The translations under genes and the position numbers were made by a program. Shown one piece after another: positions 1 through 9,447 of a stretch of DNA of 64,000 nt. The notes beneath the pieces are model-generated. The model did no database searches and was not told the DNA's origin. It saw nothing but the letters and a program-made list of their open reading frames with translations. Numbering within the stretch: position 1 is the first letter of the stretch; each line of letters opens with the position of its first letter. The DNA is from an uncultured Marinovum sp. (lineage in GTDB: Bacteria > Pseudomonadota > Alphaproteobacteria > Rhodobacterales > Rhodobacteraceae): assembly GCA_964390655.1 (NCBI GenBank), contig CAYMIR010000001.1, forward strand, positions 302-64,301, in the 5' to 3' direction.

Positions 1-357
1 TTTGGCTTCACCATGTTCAAAGATATATGAAATGGTGCCAATATCTAAGCGCGTATTAATTGTATTTAAAACAGCTCCGCATGCAGGAACGCCAAAATGT
101 GCTTCAGCTTGAGCAGGGATGTTAGGTAAAACAGTTGCGACAACGTCACCGGGTTTAATCCCAATTTTTTCCAGTGCGCTAGCAAGTTGGGAACAACGCT
201 GGTAGTACTCAGAATAACTTTTTCGGTGGGAGCCATAAATTACAGCAGTTCTATCTGAAAAAACAGTTGAAGCACGCCTTAAGTGAGACAAAGGTGTTAG
301 CGATACATAATTCGCTTCGTTTTTTTCAAGTCCTGACTCGTCAGACATCCAGCCCAT
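1..357 (-). CDS. AMP-binding acyl-CoA synthetase, N-terminal part (runs off window start)
   Basis: Not in ORF track. Manual translation from ATG at 357: MGWMSDESGLEKNEANYVSLTPLSHLRRAS...GIKPGDVVATVLPNIPAQAEAHFGVPACGAVLNTINTRLD, a typical ANL-family N-terminus. GGAG lies upstream. Confidence 0.88.
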   Translation of the reverse strand, partial: MGWMSDESGLEKNEANYVSLTPLSHLRRASTVFSDRTAVIYGSHRKSYSEYYQRCSQLASALEKIGIKPGDVVATVLPNIPAQAEAHFGVPACGAVLNTINTRLDIGTISYIFEHGEAK

Positions 358-506
358 GAAAATCTCCGTATTTAAATTTTCTACAACTAAATCATAATCT
401 GAATTCAAATATAAAGTGAAGTCCTTCAACCTCAATCAATAAAGATTACAACTATTTTTGAATTTGGTTTATTTCTATATTAAAGGCTTACCAAAAGTTC
501 AAAAAG

Positions 507-2696
507 TTAGCTATGTCCAAATCGGGTATAAAATTCTTCTCCCGTTTTGCTCATTTCAAGGAGAAGAGCAGGGGGTTCAAATCTAGTTCCGTAATCAGAG
601 GAAAGTTCCTTACATCTTTCTGCTGCATACGCAGTTCCTAGGATGTCCAGCCAGCTCAGAGGGCCTCCCGACCAAGGTGCAAAACCCCAACCTAAAATCG
701 CTCCAACATCACCTTCGCGAATGTCCATTAAAACACCTTCTTCTAGAGCTCGAACTGCCTCAAGCACCTGAACAAACATCAAGCGATGTTGAACATCCTG
801 AAGGCGTGGTTGTTTTTTTGAATAAGGGTATTTGTCTTTTAAACCTTGCCAGTACCCGGTTCGCTTCCCTTTATCATCATAATCGAAAAAACCCGCCTTT
901 GACTTTCGACCTAATCTCCCATTTTCTTCCATCCAAAATATAACTTCATCTACAGTATCGTCTGGATAGTCCTTGCCCATTGCTGCTTTTGTGGCTCTTG
1001 CTATTTTGGCGCCCAGATCAATTGAAGTCTCATCAACAAGTTGAATTGGCCCTACAGGAAAACCAAGCATCTGTGCCGCATTATTGATCATAGCTGGCGG
1101 GATACCCTCGGCTACCATTCTAATGCCTTCATTGATATATGGGATGATACATCTGTTTGCGTAAAAAAACCTTGCATCGTTAACAACAATAGGTGTTTTC
1201 TTAATCTGTCGCACAAAATCTAATGCTTTCGCGACGGCCGTATTATTTGTTTCTTTCCCACGAATTATTTCTACTAACCTCATTTTTTCAACGGGGCTGA
1301 AAAAGTGTATACCTATAAATTGGGTGGGCTGAGAAGAAGCTTTGGCCAGATCTGTTATTGGTAATGTAGAAGTGTTAGATGCAAATATACAGTTTTTGGG
1401 AACTATACCCTCTACTTTTTGAGTTATTTCTGCCTTAATTTTTGGATCTTCAAAAACTGCTTCTACAATTAAATCAACTTGTGAAAGTAACTGTAAATCA
1501 TTGGTTGGTATAATATTTGATAGCACACGCTCTTTTTGTTCCTGAGAAGTTTTTCCTAATTTTATGCCCTTATCTAAATGCGTCTCAGCAAAACTTTTTC
1601 CATTATCTGCCGCCTCTTGTGTTTGATCAATCAGTACAACTTCGATACCTGCTTGAGCAGAAACTAAAGCAATTCCTGCTCCCATCATTCCAGCTCCTAA
1701 AACTCCTAGCTTTTTAACAGATTGATCGCTGATATCTTTTGGCCTTACGGCCCCTTTCTCTAGGGCTGATTTATTGATGAACAGACTTCTTATCATAGCG
1801 GAAGACGATGGATTCATTATTACATTTGTGAACCATCTTGCTTCTACTTTCAGCGCTAAATCAAAAGGAACTAGGGCTCCTTCATAAACTGCACTCAATA
1901 ATGCTTTTGCCGCTGGGAAAGCTCCTTGCGTTTTTCCATTGATCATTGCCGATGCCCCAACAAAAGTCATAAAGCCATTCGGAGTGTAAGGTGTTCCACC
2001 GGGAATTTTGTATCCTTTTTGATCCCAAGGTTTAACTAAGTCACTTTCTGTAGCACTAAGGATCCATTCACGAGCCGCCATCATAGGATCTTCGTCAACT
2101 TGATCAATAATTCCTACTGCCTGAGCTTTATTAGGCGCTACTGTTTTGCCCTCCAACAAATAAGTAGACGCAGCCATTGCCCCTAATTTTCTTACCAATC
2201 GGGTTGTACCACCAGCCCCAGGGAAAAGCCCCACAAGAATTTCAGGTAATCCAATTTTCGCTTTTGGATTATTTGCTGCAAATATCCTATGGGTTGATAA
2301 CGGAATTTCCAAACCAATACCCAAAGCAGTACCTGGCAGTACTGAAACTATAGGTTTACCACCTTTTTTTGTTTTTGGATCCATACCCGCCAGCTCAATT
2401 TTTCTCAAAATAGCGTGCATTTTCATTACACCGTTAAAAACTCCTTCAGCTGGGTTTTCTCCGGCGCTTTGCTTGAGCTGGGCAAGAACATTAAGATCCA
2501 TTCCTGCAGCAAAATCCTTTTTACCGCTGGTCAGTATACAGGCGGTTATAGTTTCATCCTCAATAACTTGGTCAATTAATTTTTCTAAAGTTTCGAGAGC
2601 CTCAAAACTTAGCACATTCATTGATTTCTTTTCACAATTCCATGTTATTGTTGCTATTTTTTGATCATCAATAGCTATAGAAAAATCAGAATTCAT
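507..2696 (-). CDS. fadJ: Fatty-acid oxidation complex alpha subunit (enoyl-CoA hydratase/3-hydroxyacyl-CoA dehydrogenase, FadJ/FadB type)
   Basis: Crotonase motifs (FAAGMDL, GLPEILVGLFPGAGGT), GVLGAGMMG NAD site, ASNTSTLPI, GIHFFSPV. Confidence 0.9.
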   Translation of the reverse strand: MNSDFSIAIDDQKIATITWNCEKKSMNVLSFEALETLEKLIDQVIEDETITACILTSGKKDFAAGMDLNVLAQLKQSAGENPAEGVFNGVMKMHAILRKIELAGMDPKTKKGGKPIVSVLPGTALGIGLEIPLSTHRIFAANNPKAKIGLPEILVGLFPGAGGTTRLVRKLGAMAASTYLLEGKTVAPNKAQAVGIIDQVDEDPMMAAREWILSATESDLVKPWDQKGYKIPGGTPYTPNGFMTFVGASAMINGKTQGAFPAAKALLSAVYEGALVPFDLALKVEARWFTNVIMNPSSSAMIRSLFINKSALEKGAVRPKDISDQSVKKLGVLGAGMMGAGIALVSAQAGIEVVLIDQTQEAADNGKSFAETHLDKGIKLGKTSQEQKERVLSNIIPTNDLQLLSQVDLIVEAVFEDPKIKAEITQKVEGIVPKNCIFASNTSTLPITDLAKASSQPTQFIGIHFFSPVEKMRLVEIIRGKETNNTAVAKALDFVRQIKKTPIVVNDARFFYANRCIIPYINEGIRMVAEGIPPAMINNAAQMLGFPVGPIQLVDETSIDLGAKIARATKAAMGKDYPDDTVDEVIFWMEENGRLGRKSKAGFFDYDDKGKRTGYWQGLKDKYPYSKKQPRLQDVQHRLMFVQVLEAVRALEEGVLMDIREGDVGAILGWGFAPWSGGPLSWLDILGTAYAAERCKELSSDYGTRFEPPALLLEMSKTGEEFYTRFGHS

Positions 2697-2707
2697 TTAA
2701 AATTTCC

Positions 2708-3919
2708 TTATACCCGCTCAATTACGGTTGCAGCGCCCATTCCAGATGCAACGCAAAGAGTGGCAAGGCCAAGCTCCTTATCAGTTCTTTCAAGCTCATC
2801 CAGCAAGGTGCCTAAAATCATCGTTCCCGTCGCGCCCAAAGGGTGTCCCATGGCTATTGCACCACCATTGGGGTTCACTTTTGCACTGTCGACATCAAAT
2901 GCTTGTAAAAATAGAAGGGCAACAGAGGCGAAAGCCTCGTTAACTTCAAAAAGGTCAATGTCGTTTATACTGAGCTTAGTATCCGCCAAAGCTTTTTCTG
3001 TAGCATTAATAGGGCCAGTTAGCATAATTGTCGGATCTGTTCCTATTTTTGCAGTACCTCTAATCTTTGCTCGAGGTTTTAACCCCCATTTTTCTCCAAA
3101 TTTTTTATTTCCAAGTAAAATAGCTGCCGAGCCGTCAACAATTCCTGAGCTGTTTCCTGCATGGTGAACATGACTTATTTTTTCTAAATAAGGATACTTC
3201 ATAATGGCCACCTTATCAAAGCCGGGCATCAGTTCTCCTTGCTCCTTAAATGCAGGTTTTAGCGATCCTAATGTTTGCATATCAGTATCAGGCCTCATGT
3301 ATTCATCTTTATCTAAAATCAATAAGCCATTTACATCTCGTACCGGTACAATAGAGTTTGAGAAATAATTTTCATCCCACGCCAATTTAGCGCGTTTTTG
3401 ACTTTCCACAGCATATTCATCAACGGAATTCCGGCTGAATCCATGTTCAGTGGCAATTATATCGGCGCCAATACCTTGCGGAACAAAATAATTATCAAAT
3501 GTAAATGATGGATCAACACCAACAGCACCTCCGTCGCTCATCATGGGAGTACGGCTCATGCTTTCTACCCCGCCTGCAATATAGCTATCGCCTGCACCTC
3601 CAGCTATTTGATTAGCAGCTAAGTTTACTGACTCTAATCCAGATGCGCAGAAGCGATTTACAGAAAGTCCTGGAATAGTTTCGTCCAAATTAGATGCTAG
3701 AACTGCAGTCCTAGCTAAACAAGCTCCCTGTTCGCCCACCTGGGTGACATTGCCCCAAATTACGTCTTCCACCGCATGTCCTTCTAGGCCATTGCGGCTC
3801 GCGATTGCATCTATAGCCGTTACGGACAGGCGAAGTGCACTTACTTCATGCAAAGCACCGTCTTTGCGGCCTTTGCCTCGCGGTGTTCGAATTGAATCAT
3901 ATATGTAAACGTCTTTCAT
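2708..3919 (-). CDS. Acetyl-CoA C-acyltransferase (thiolase)
   Basis: NRFCASGL, EVNEAFA, GGAIAMGHPLGATG, LCVASGMG. Start moved to ATG 3919 (MKDVYIYD). Confidence 0.93.
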   Translation of the reverse strand: MKDVYIYDSIRTPRGKGRKDGALHEVSALRLSVTAIDAIASRNGLEGHAVEDVIWGNVTQVGEQGACLARTAVLASNLDETIPGLSVNRFCASGLESVNLAANQIAGGAGDSYIAGGVESMSRTPMMSDGGAVGVDPSFTFDNYFVPQGIGADIIATEHGFSRNSVDEYAVESQKRAKLAWDENYFSNSIVPVRDVNGLLILDKDEYMRPDTDMQTLGSLKPAFKEQGELMPGFDKVAIMKYPYLEKISHVHHAGNSSGIVDGSAAILLGNKKFGEKWGLKPRAKIRGTAKIGTDPTIMLTGPINATEKALADTKLSINDIDLFEVNEAFASVALLFLQAFDVDSAKVNPNGGAIAMGHPLGATGTMILGTLLDELERTDKELGLATLCVASGMGAATVIERV

Positions 3920-3927
3920 TTTTTTTC

Positions 3928-4560
3928 TCAAGCTCGCTCTGATGGATTTCCAGGCATCAAATCATAGGGATGCTGCCAACCAGGAATATTTGATATATTC
4001 TTTAGCCATTGATCTATGTTTGGCCACTCAGAGCGCTCAAAACCAAAGAATTCTGGATAATAAAGATAAGAACAGCAGGTCATATCTGCATGAGTTATAT
4101 CGTCGCCTACTAGGAAGTTTTTCCCAATGAGAGCTTTTTCGAGAATACTGTATGAGCCTTTTAATCGAGCAAGATTAAAATCTATAACAGGTTGAGGCCT
4201 CTTATCCTGAGGAAAAAAATTCATTAAATATCTGGTATTTCCCACAACAGAAGAAAATTTATGATTATCCCAAAGAGTCCATCGAAGTACTTCAAGTTCT
4301 TCAGTTTTGTTACTACCACCATGTTTCCCTGTCTTATTGTGAAGGTAATTCTGTATCACCCCTGACTGGGTCAACTTGGTGTCTCCGTCTATCAAAACGG
4401 GAACTTCGCCCATTTCGTTTATCTGACTTCTATATTGTTCACTTCGTGCTTCCCCATTGAAAAAATCCACAAAAACAGGATCCCATTCTATTTTTGCTAA
4501 CTGCAAGGCAAGGGCAGCTTTATATGAATGGCCACTTTCTCCAAAACAATATAGTTTCAT
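3928..4560 (-). CDS. Glutathione S-transferase family protein
   Basis: SGHSYK N-terminus, INEMGEVPVL, LTQSGVI, FLVGDDITHAD. Confidence 0.9.
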   Translation of the reverse strand: MKLYCFGESGHSYKAALALQLAKIEWDPVFVDFFNGEARSEQYRSQINEMGEVPVLIDGDTKLTQSGVIQNYLHNKTGKHGGSNKTEELEVLRWTLWDNHKFSSVVGNTRYLMNFFPQDKRPQPVIDFNLARLKGSYSILEKALIGKNFLVGDDITHADMTCCSYLYYPEFFGFERSEWPNIDQWLKNISNIPGWQHPYDLMPGNPSERA

Positions 4561-4572
4561 AACATCTCCTGC

Positions 4573-5730
4573 TTAAAATCTCGCTTTACTAAATTTCCTT
4601 GAGATTAATTCTTTCATAACCTCATTCGTTCCTCCGTAGATCCGTTGGACTCTAGCATCAGTCCACATCTCTGCGATATCGTATTCTTGCATATAGCCGT
4701 AACCACCATGCAATTGTAGACACTCGTCTAAAACCTCTCCCTGCGTATCAGAAAGCCAATACTTAGCCATAGCGGCTTTTTCTACTGTTAATTTCCCCAA
4801 CAAATGCTCATCGATGCAAGTATCCAGAAAAGCCCGTGCAACAGTAGTTTTAGTTTGGCATTCAGCTAATTTAAATCGTGTATTTTGGAATTGCATTATG
4901 GGCCCACCAAAGGCTTCTCTTTCATTGCAATAGTCTATAGTTCGCGCCACAGCGCCCTCCATAGCACCAACTGCACCACACCCGATTATCAACCTTTCCT
5001 GAGGGAGTTGAGCCATCATCTGATAAAAGCCTTGTCCCTCATCACCTCCCAAAATATTTTCGGGGGGTACCTCTACATTTTCAAAAAAAAGTTCAGAGGT
5101 GTCATTAGCATGCATGCCGACTTTTTCTAGATTCCGCCCTCTGGAAAAGCCTTCTGCGTTATCGGTTTCTACGACTACTAATGAAGTACCTTTGGACTTT
5201 TCAGCTGGATTTGTTTTAGCCGCTACGATCACTAAATTAGCGTGTTGGCCGTTAGTAATAAATGTTTTCTGGCCGTTCAGCCTATAGGAATTTCCTTCTT
5301 TTAGCGCACGGGTTTTTAGTGACTGTACATCAGACCCGCCTGCTGGCTCTGTCATAGCCAAAGCGCCGACTAATTCGCCGTTTACCATGTTTGGTAACCA
5401 CCGTTTTTTTTGTTCGTCTGTTCCGTAAGCCAGAATATAGTGAGCAACAATGCCAGAATGAATACCGTGCCCCCAACTAGCAAGGTTTGCGCGACTGGCA
5501 GCCATTAAAATCACGGCCTCATGTCCAAAATCTCCACCAACCCCGCCATATTCCTCTGGTATTGAAGGGCAAAGTAACCCGAGCTCAGCTGCTTGTTTCC
5601 AAGTTGAGCGATCCATTTCTCCTTGCTTTCGCCACCGCTCTAAATGGGGACTCCATTCTTCGGCTATAAACTTTGCCGTCATAGTCTCCAACATTTGATG
5701 TTCTTCAGTCATCCAGTTAGATAAGCTCAT
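4573..5730 (-). CDS. Acyl-CoA dehydrogenase (LCAD-like)
   Basis: [37 protein letters not shown]. Confidence 0.93.
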   Translation of the reverse strand: MSLSNWMTEEHQMLETMTAKFIAEEWSPHLERWRKQGEMDRSTWKQAAELGLLCPSIPEEYGGVGGDFGHEAVILMAASRANLASWGHGIHSGIVAHYILAYGTDEQKKRWLPNMVNGELVGALAMTEPAGGSDVQSLKTRALKEGNSYRLNGQKTFITNGQHANLVIVAAKTNPAEKSKGTSLVVVETDNAEGFSRGRNLEKVGMHANDTSELFFENVEVPPENILGGDEGQGFYQMMAQLPQERLIIGCGAVGAMEGAVARTIDYCNEREAFGGPIMQFQNTRFKLAECQTKTTVARAFLDTCIDEHLLGKLTVEKAAMAKYWLSDTQGEVLDECLQLHGGYGYMQEYDIAEMWTDARVQRIYGGTNEVMKELISRKFSKARF

Positions 5731-5745
5731 CTAATTATCCTCGAT

Positions 5746-7527
5746 TTAAAATCCATCTGGTTCTAAGGCCATTACACATTCTGCTCCAGATCTTATGCGA
5801 GTTAAATGAAGAGAAGTAGCAGGTAAATGCCTCCGCATGTAGTATCTGCCGGTTTTTAACTTTGTCTCATAAAACGCTACGTCATCAGTATTCGATGATA
5901 AACAATTTAGGGCTGATTTAGCCATACGGGCCCACATGTATCCAAGACAAACGTGACCAAAAAGATGCATAAAGTCATTTGATCCAGCCAATACATTCAA
6001 TGGATTTTTTTGGCCATTTTTTAAAAAGTATTCTCCTGCAGATTGTAAATCTGAAATTGCTTTCGAAAGTGGCTCAAGAAAATCTGATTGAAAATTGCTA
6101 TCAAGGCTTCCATTTTCTTTTAGAAATTTAGTAATGAGTGCGAAGAATTCTAAAATATATTTTCCATTATCTTGTGGTAGTTTTCGGCCAACCAAATCTA
6201 AAGCTTGGATGCCGTTGGCACCCTCATAAATCATAGCTATGCGTGCATCGCGTACATATTGTGACATCCCCCATTCCTCAATGTAACCATGCCCTCCGAA
6301 AATCTGCTGTGCTTGTACAGTCATTTCAAAGCCTTTATCTGTTAGAAACCCTTTTATAACCGGTGTAAGTAAGCTTATTAAACCATTTGCAGTTTGATCA
6401 TTTGAGCGCGAAGCTGCATCAATTAATTGAGCCCCCCAAAAGGTAAATGCACGAGCTCCCTCAACGAAGCTCTTTTGATCCAAAAGGCTTCTTCTAATAT
6501 CTGGATGAACAATTATTGGATCTGCAGGATCTTCTTTATTACTTTTTCCTAAAAAATTTCTACCTTGAAGGCGATCTTTGGAATAGGCAGTAGCGTTCTG
6601 AAAAGCGATCTCAGCTTGTGAATAGCCCTGCAAACCAACCCCTAGTCTAGCTTCGTTCATCATTGTGAACATAGCACGCATTCCCTTGTGCTCATCACCA
6701 ATTAAAAATCCAGTGGCACCATCATAATTCATTACGCAAGTTGAGTTTCCGTGAATCCCCATCTTATCTTCGATTTTGCCAACAGATAAATTATTACGCT
6801 CTCCCAAGGAACCGTCTTCTTTGACCAAAAATTTGGGGACTATGAACATTGAGATGCCTTTTATACCCTCAGGTCCACCGGGAATTTTGGCTAAAACCAA
6901 ATGAATTATATTTTCTGATAAATCGTGATCTCCTGCAGATATAAATATTTTTTGACCTGTTATTTTATAAGTACCGTCCTTTTGCAGAACAGATTTAGTC
7001 CGCATTAAACCTAAATCCGTTCCACACTGGGGTTCAGTTAGGTTCATTGTACCAGTCCACTCACAGTTTACGAGTTTTGGTAAATATTTTGATTTTTGCT
7101 GATCGTCACCGTGTGTGTGTATTGCAGAATATGCGCCATGCGTTAGGCCATGATACATACCAAAAGCCATATTAGAAGAGGCCATCATTTCCCCAATAGC
7201 AGTACCCAAGATATAGGGAAGGCCTTGTCCGCCGTATTCTTTATCACAGTCAATAGTTGTCCAACCATCTTCTCGGATTTTATCGAAAGCTTCTTTAAAA
7301 CCTGCTGGTGTTCTAACTATACCATTTTCAAGCGTACAACCTTGACTATCTCCAACATGATTCAGAGGAAAGAGAATATCGGAACAAATCTTCCCTGCTT
7401 CGTTTAAAATACTTTTTATAAATTCATTATCTAAATCCTGATATCCTGGAATCTCTAAATTTTGTACATTTAAAACATCTTGGAAAATAAACTCCATATC
7501 TCGGAGTGGCGCTTTATAAACTGACAT
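5746..7527 (-). CDS. Long acyl-CoA dehydrogenase (DmdC/FadE5-like)
   Basis: 593 aa. [46 protein letters not shown], plus the extra C-terminal domain. Confidence 0.88.
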   Translation of the reverse strand: MSVYKAPLRDMEFIFQDVLNVQNLEIPGYQDLDNEFIKSILNEAGKICSDILFPLNHVGDSQGCTLENGIVRTPAGFKEAFDKIREDGWTTIDCDKEYGGQGLPYILGTAIGEMMASSNMAFGMYHGLTHGAYSAIHTHGDDQQKSKYLPKLVNCEWTGTMNLTEPQCGTDLGLMRTKSVLQKDGTYKITGQKIFISAGDHDLSENIIHLVLAKIPGGPEGIKGISMFIVPKFLVKEDGSLGERNNLSVGKIEDKMGIHGNSTCVMNYDGATGFLIGDEHKGMRAMFTMMNEARLGVGLQGYSQAEIAFQNATAYSKDRLQGRNFLGKSNKEDPADPIIVHPDIRRSLLDQKSFVEGARAFTFWGAQLIDAASRSNDQTANGLISLLTPVIKGFLTDKGFEMTVQAQQIFGGHGYIEEWGMSQYVRDARIAMIYEGANGIQALDLVGRKLPQDNGKYILEFFALITKFLKENGSLDSNFQSDFLEPLSKAISDLQSAGEYFLKNGQKNPLNVLAGSNDFMHLFGHVCLGYMWARMAKSALNCLSSNTDDVAFYETKLKTGRYYMRRHLPATSLHLTRIRSGAECVMALEPDGF

Positions 7528-7537
7528 TTTATTTATC

Positions 7538-7936
7538 CTATTGCACTCTTTTCGTTGAGTCCAAAGAGCTGATAAGCTCTTTTCCCCATTGTATTTGCTG
7601 CCGCAATTCTGTGATTGTTTCTTCGATTTTGTCGCGCTGATCTTCTAGATCTATAAGTTTGCTTTTTGCTAACTGATAGGTGCGCAACAGTTGTGTTTGT
7701 TGTTTGTCTCCCATATCATACATTTCCAATAGTTGACGGATGTCTTCTAATGAAAAACCAAACCGTTTTCCTCTAAGAATTAGTTTTAGTCTTCCTCTGC
7801 ATCTTTTTGTGAACAATCTTTTGTAACCTTGGCGCGTTGGAAAAAGGAGTTCTTTAGATTCATAGAAGCGCAAAGTCCTTGGCGTCACATAAAACTGGTC
7901 GCACATCTCCCTAATAGTCCAAAATTCTTGATGCAA
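7538..7936 (-). CDS. MerR-family regulator, LiuR-like
   Basis: [31 protein letters not shown], coiled-coil tail. GGGAGG RBS before the TTG start. Confidence 0.9.
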   Translation of the reverse strand: MHQEFWTIREMCDQFYVTPRTLRFYESKELLFPTRQGYKRLFTKRCRGRLKLILRGKRFGFSLEDIRQLLEMYDMGDKQQTQLLRTYQLAKSKLIDLEDQRDKIEETITELRQQIQWGKELISSLDSTKRVQ

Positions 7937-7990
7937 AACCGGCCTCCCAACAATAAATCAAACTAAGGTTACTAAATATCTTTGAAATAG

Positions 7991-8020
7991 TTAACGTTGA
8001 CGTAAAGGAACTTTACGTCA
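7991..8020. promoter_or_regulatory. LiuR-type operator (TTAACGTTGACGTAAA) overlapping a perfect 10-bp inverted repeat
   Basis: 7991-8006 fits the recalled LiuR consensus TTTACGTnnACGTAAA with one mismatch. TGACGTAAAG-gaa-CTTTACGTCA at 7998-8020. Confidence 0.7.
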
Positions 8021-8401
8021 TTTTGCTTGATGTAGGATATTGGAGGTTATTTTCCTTAATTTTTCTAATTCCTCGAGGGTTTCTGCGAGTTGTATTTGCT
8101 GTTCTTTTAGTTCTTCCAGTTTACGTTCGGCCATTCCAAGAAAAACTTCCATCTGGGTCTCAGTTCCGTCTTGATCATAGATCAATAACCACTGTCGCAT
8201 CTCTTCTAGTTGAAAACCAAACTTTCTCCCACGCAATATTAACGTCATGCGAGCACATTCCCGTGCTCCATAAAATCGTGAACGTCCTTGCCTCTCCGGA
8301 GATAAAAGTTCAATGTACTCATAATATCGAAGGGTTCTCGGTGTGACCTCAAATTTTGCGCACATTTCTTTAAATGTTAGTCGAATATCACCCATATGCA
8401 C
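8018..8401 (-). CDS. MerR-family regulator, second LiuR-like paralog
   Basis: VTPRTLRYYE, RMTLILRGRKFGFQLEE. True start is possibly ATG 8395. Confidence 0.9.
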   Translation of the reverse strand: MHMGDIRLTFKEMCAKFEVTPRTLRYYEYIELLSPERQGRSRFYGARECARMTLILRGRKFGFQLEEMRQWLLIYDQDGTETQMEVFLGMAERKLEELKEQQIQLAETLEELEKLRKITSNILHQAK

Positions 8402-8492
8402 CGTATCCTCACTTACAAATAGCTATATTTTTGGTTAAAGCAACTGGTCTGTTTGCTCAAATAGCTTATAAGATACTTCAATTAGACAGTTT

Positions 8493-8924
8493 ATGAAAAA
8501 TAAAATGATAGAAAAGAAAAAAAAAGCAGTTGAAGATTTTTTTGCTGTTTTGCCGCACTCTATAAGTTTGGGGATGGGAATAGACTTTATAAGGGACGGT
8601 GAGGTTGGTATGAGTATGCCGTACGATAGTAAGTTAATCGGCGATCCTCAAACTAAAGTTATTCACGGCGGTGCTGTCTTTGCTCTTTTGGATACGTGTT
8701 GCGGGGCAGCAGCAATGTCCCATCCAGAGCAAATCGGTCCAACAGCAACAATTGATTTAAGAGTTGACTACATGCGACCAGCAACTCCTAGTCAAAGAAT
8801 TAAAGCAATCGCCACATGCTATAATTTGACGAAAAGCGTTGCTTTCGTGAGAGCGGTTGCTTTGGATCATAACGAAGAAAAACCAGTTGCTATGGCTGCG
8901 GGTGCATTTGTGACGGGTGTTTAG
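8493..8924 (+). CDS. PaaI-family hotdog thioesterase
   Basis: IHGGAVFALLDTCCG, ATIDLRVDYMRPA. Confidence 0.9.
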   Translation: MKNKMIEKKKKAVEDFFAVLPHSISLGMGIDFIRDGEVGMSMPYDSKLIGDPQTKVIHGGAVFALLDTCCGAAAMSHPEQIGPTATIDLRVDYMRPATPSQRIKAIATCYNLTKSVAFVRAVALDHNEEKPVAMAAGAFVTGV

Positions 8925-8927
8925 TAT

Positions 8928-9434
8928 ATGGAAAAAATTTCTCCAGAACCCGTAGCTTTGATTAAAAAAAGAAGAAATGAAGCTTTATCTCAGTTAATAA
9001 ATAGCATTCCTTACATTTCTTTTTTGGGAGTCAACTTTGAGAGGCGGGGTGATGAAATCACAGCCATTCTACCTTTCAAAGACGAATTGATAGGTAATCC
9101 CAGTCTTCCTGCGCTGCATGGTGGTTCAATTGCAGCATTTTTGGAAATAAGTGCAATTATTGGGTTAAGTTGGACCCAAATCTGGCGTCAAATTGAAGAT
9201 CTTGAATCTGTTACTGGTTCTTCAGATGGTGCGAAGGAATTTTCTCTTCCTAAGACCATTGATTTTTCTGTTGATTATTTAAGAAGTGGTCTTCCCAGAG
9301 ACGCTTACGCTCGCGCTACAGTTAATAGAGCTGGTAGACGTTATGCGTCAGTACATGTTGAAGCCTGGCAAGATAACCGAAATAAGCTGTTTGCTCAAGG
9401 GACTGGACACTTTTTAATGCCATTAAACAAATAA
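8928..9434 (+). CDS. PaaI-family hotdog thioesterase
   Basis: LHGGSIAAFLE, KTIDFSVDYLRSG. Confidence 0.88.
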   Translation: MEKISPEPVALIKKRRNEALSQLINSIPYISFLGVNFERRGDEITAILPFKDELIGNPSLPALHGGSIAAFLEISAIIGLSWTQIWRQIEDLESVTGSSDGAKEFSLPKTIDFSVDYLRSGLPRDAYARATVNRAGRRYASVHVEAWQDNRNKLFAQGTGHFLMPLNK

Positions 9435-9447
9435 AATTGCTTAGCTC

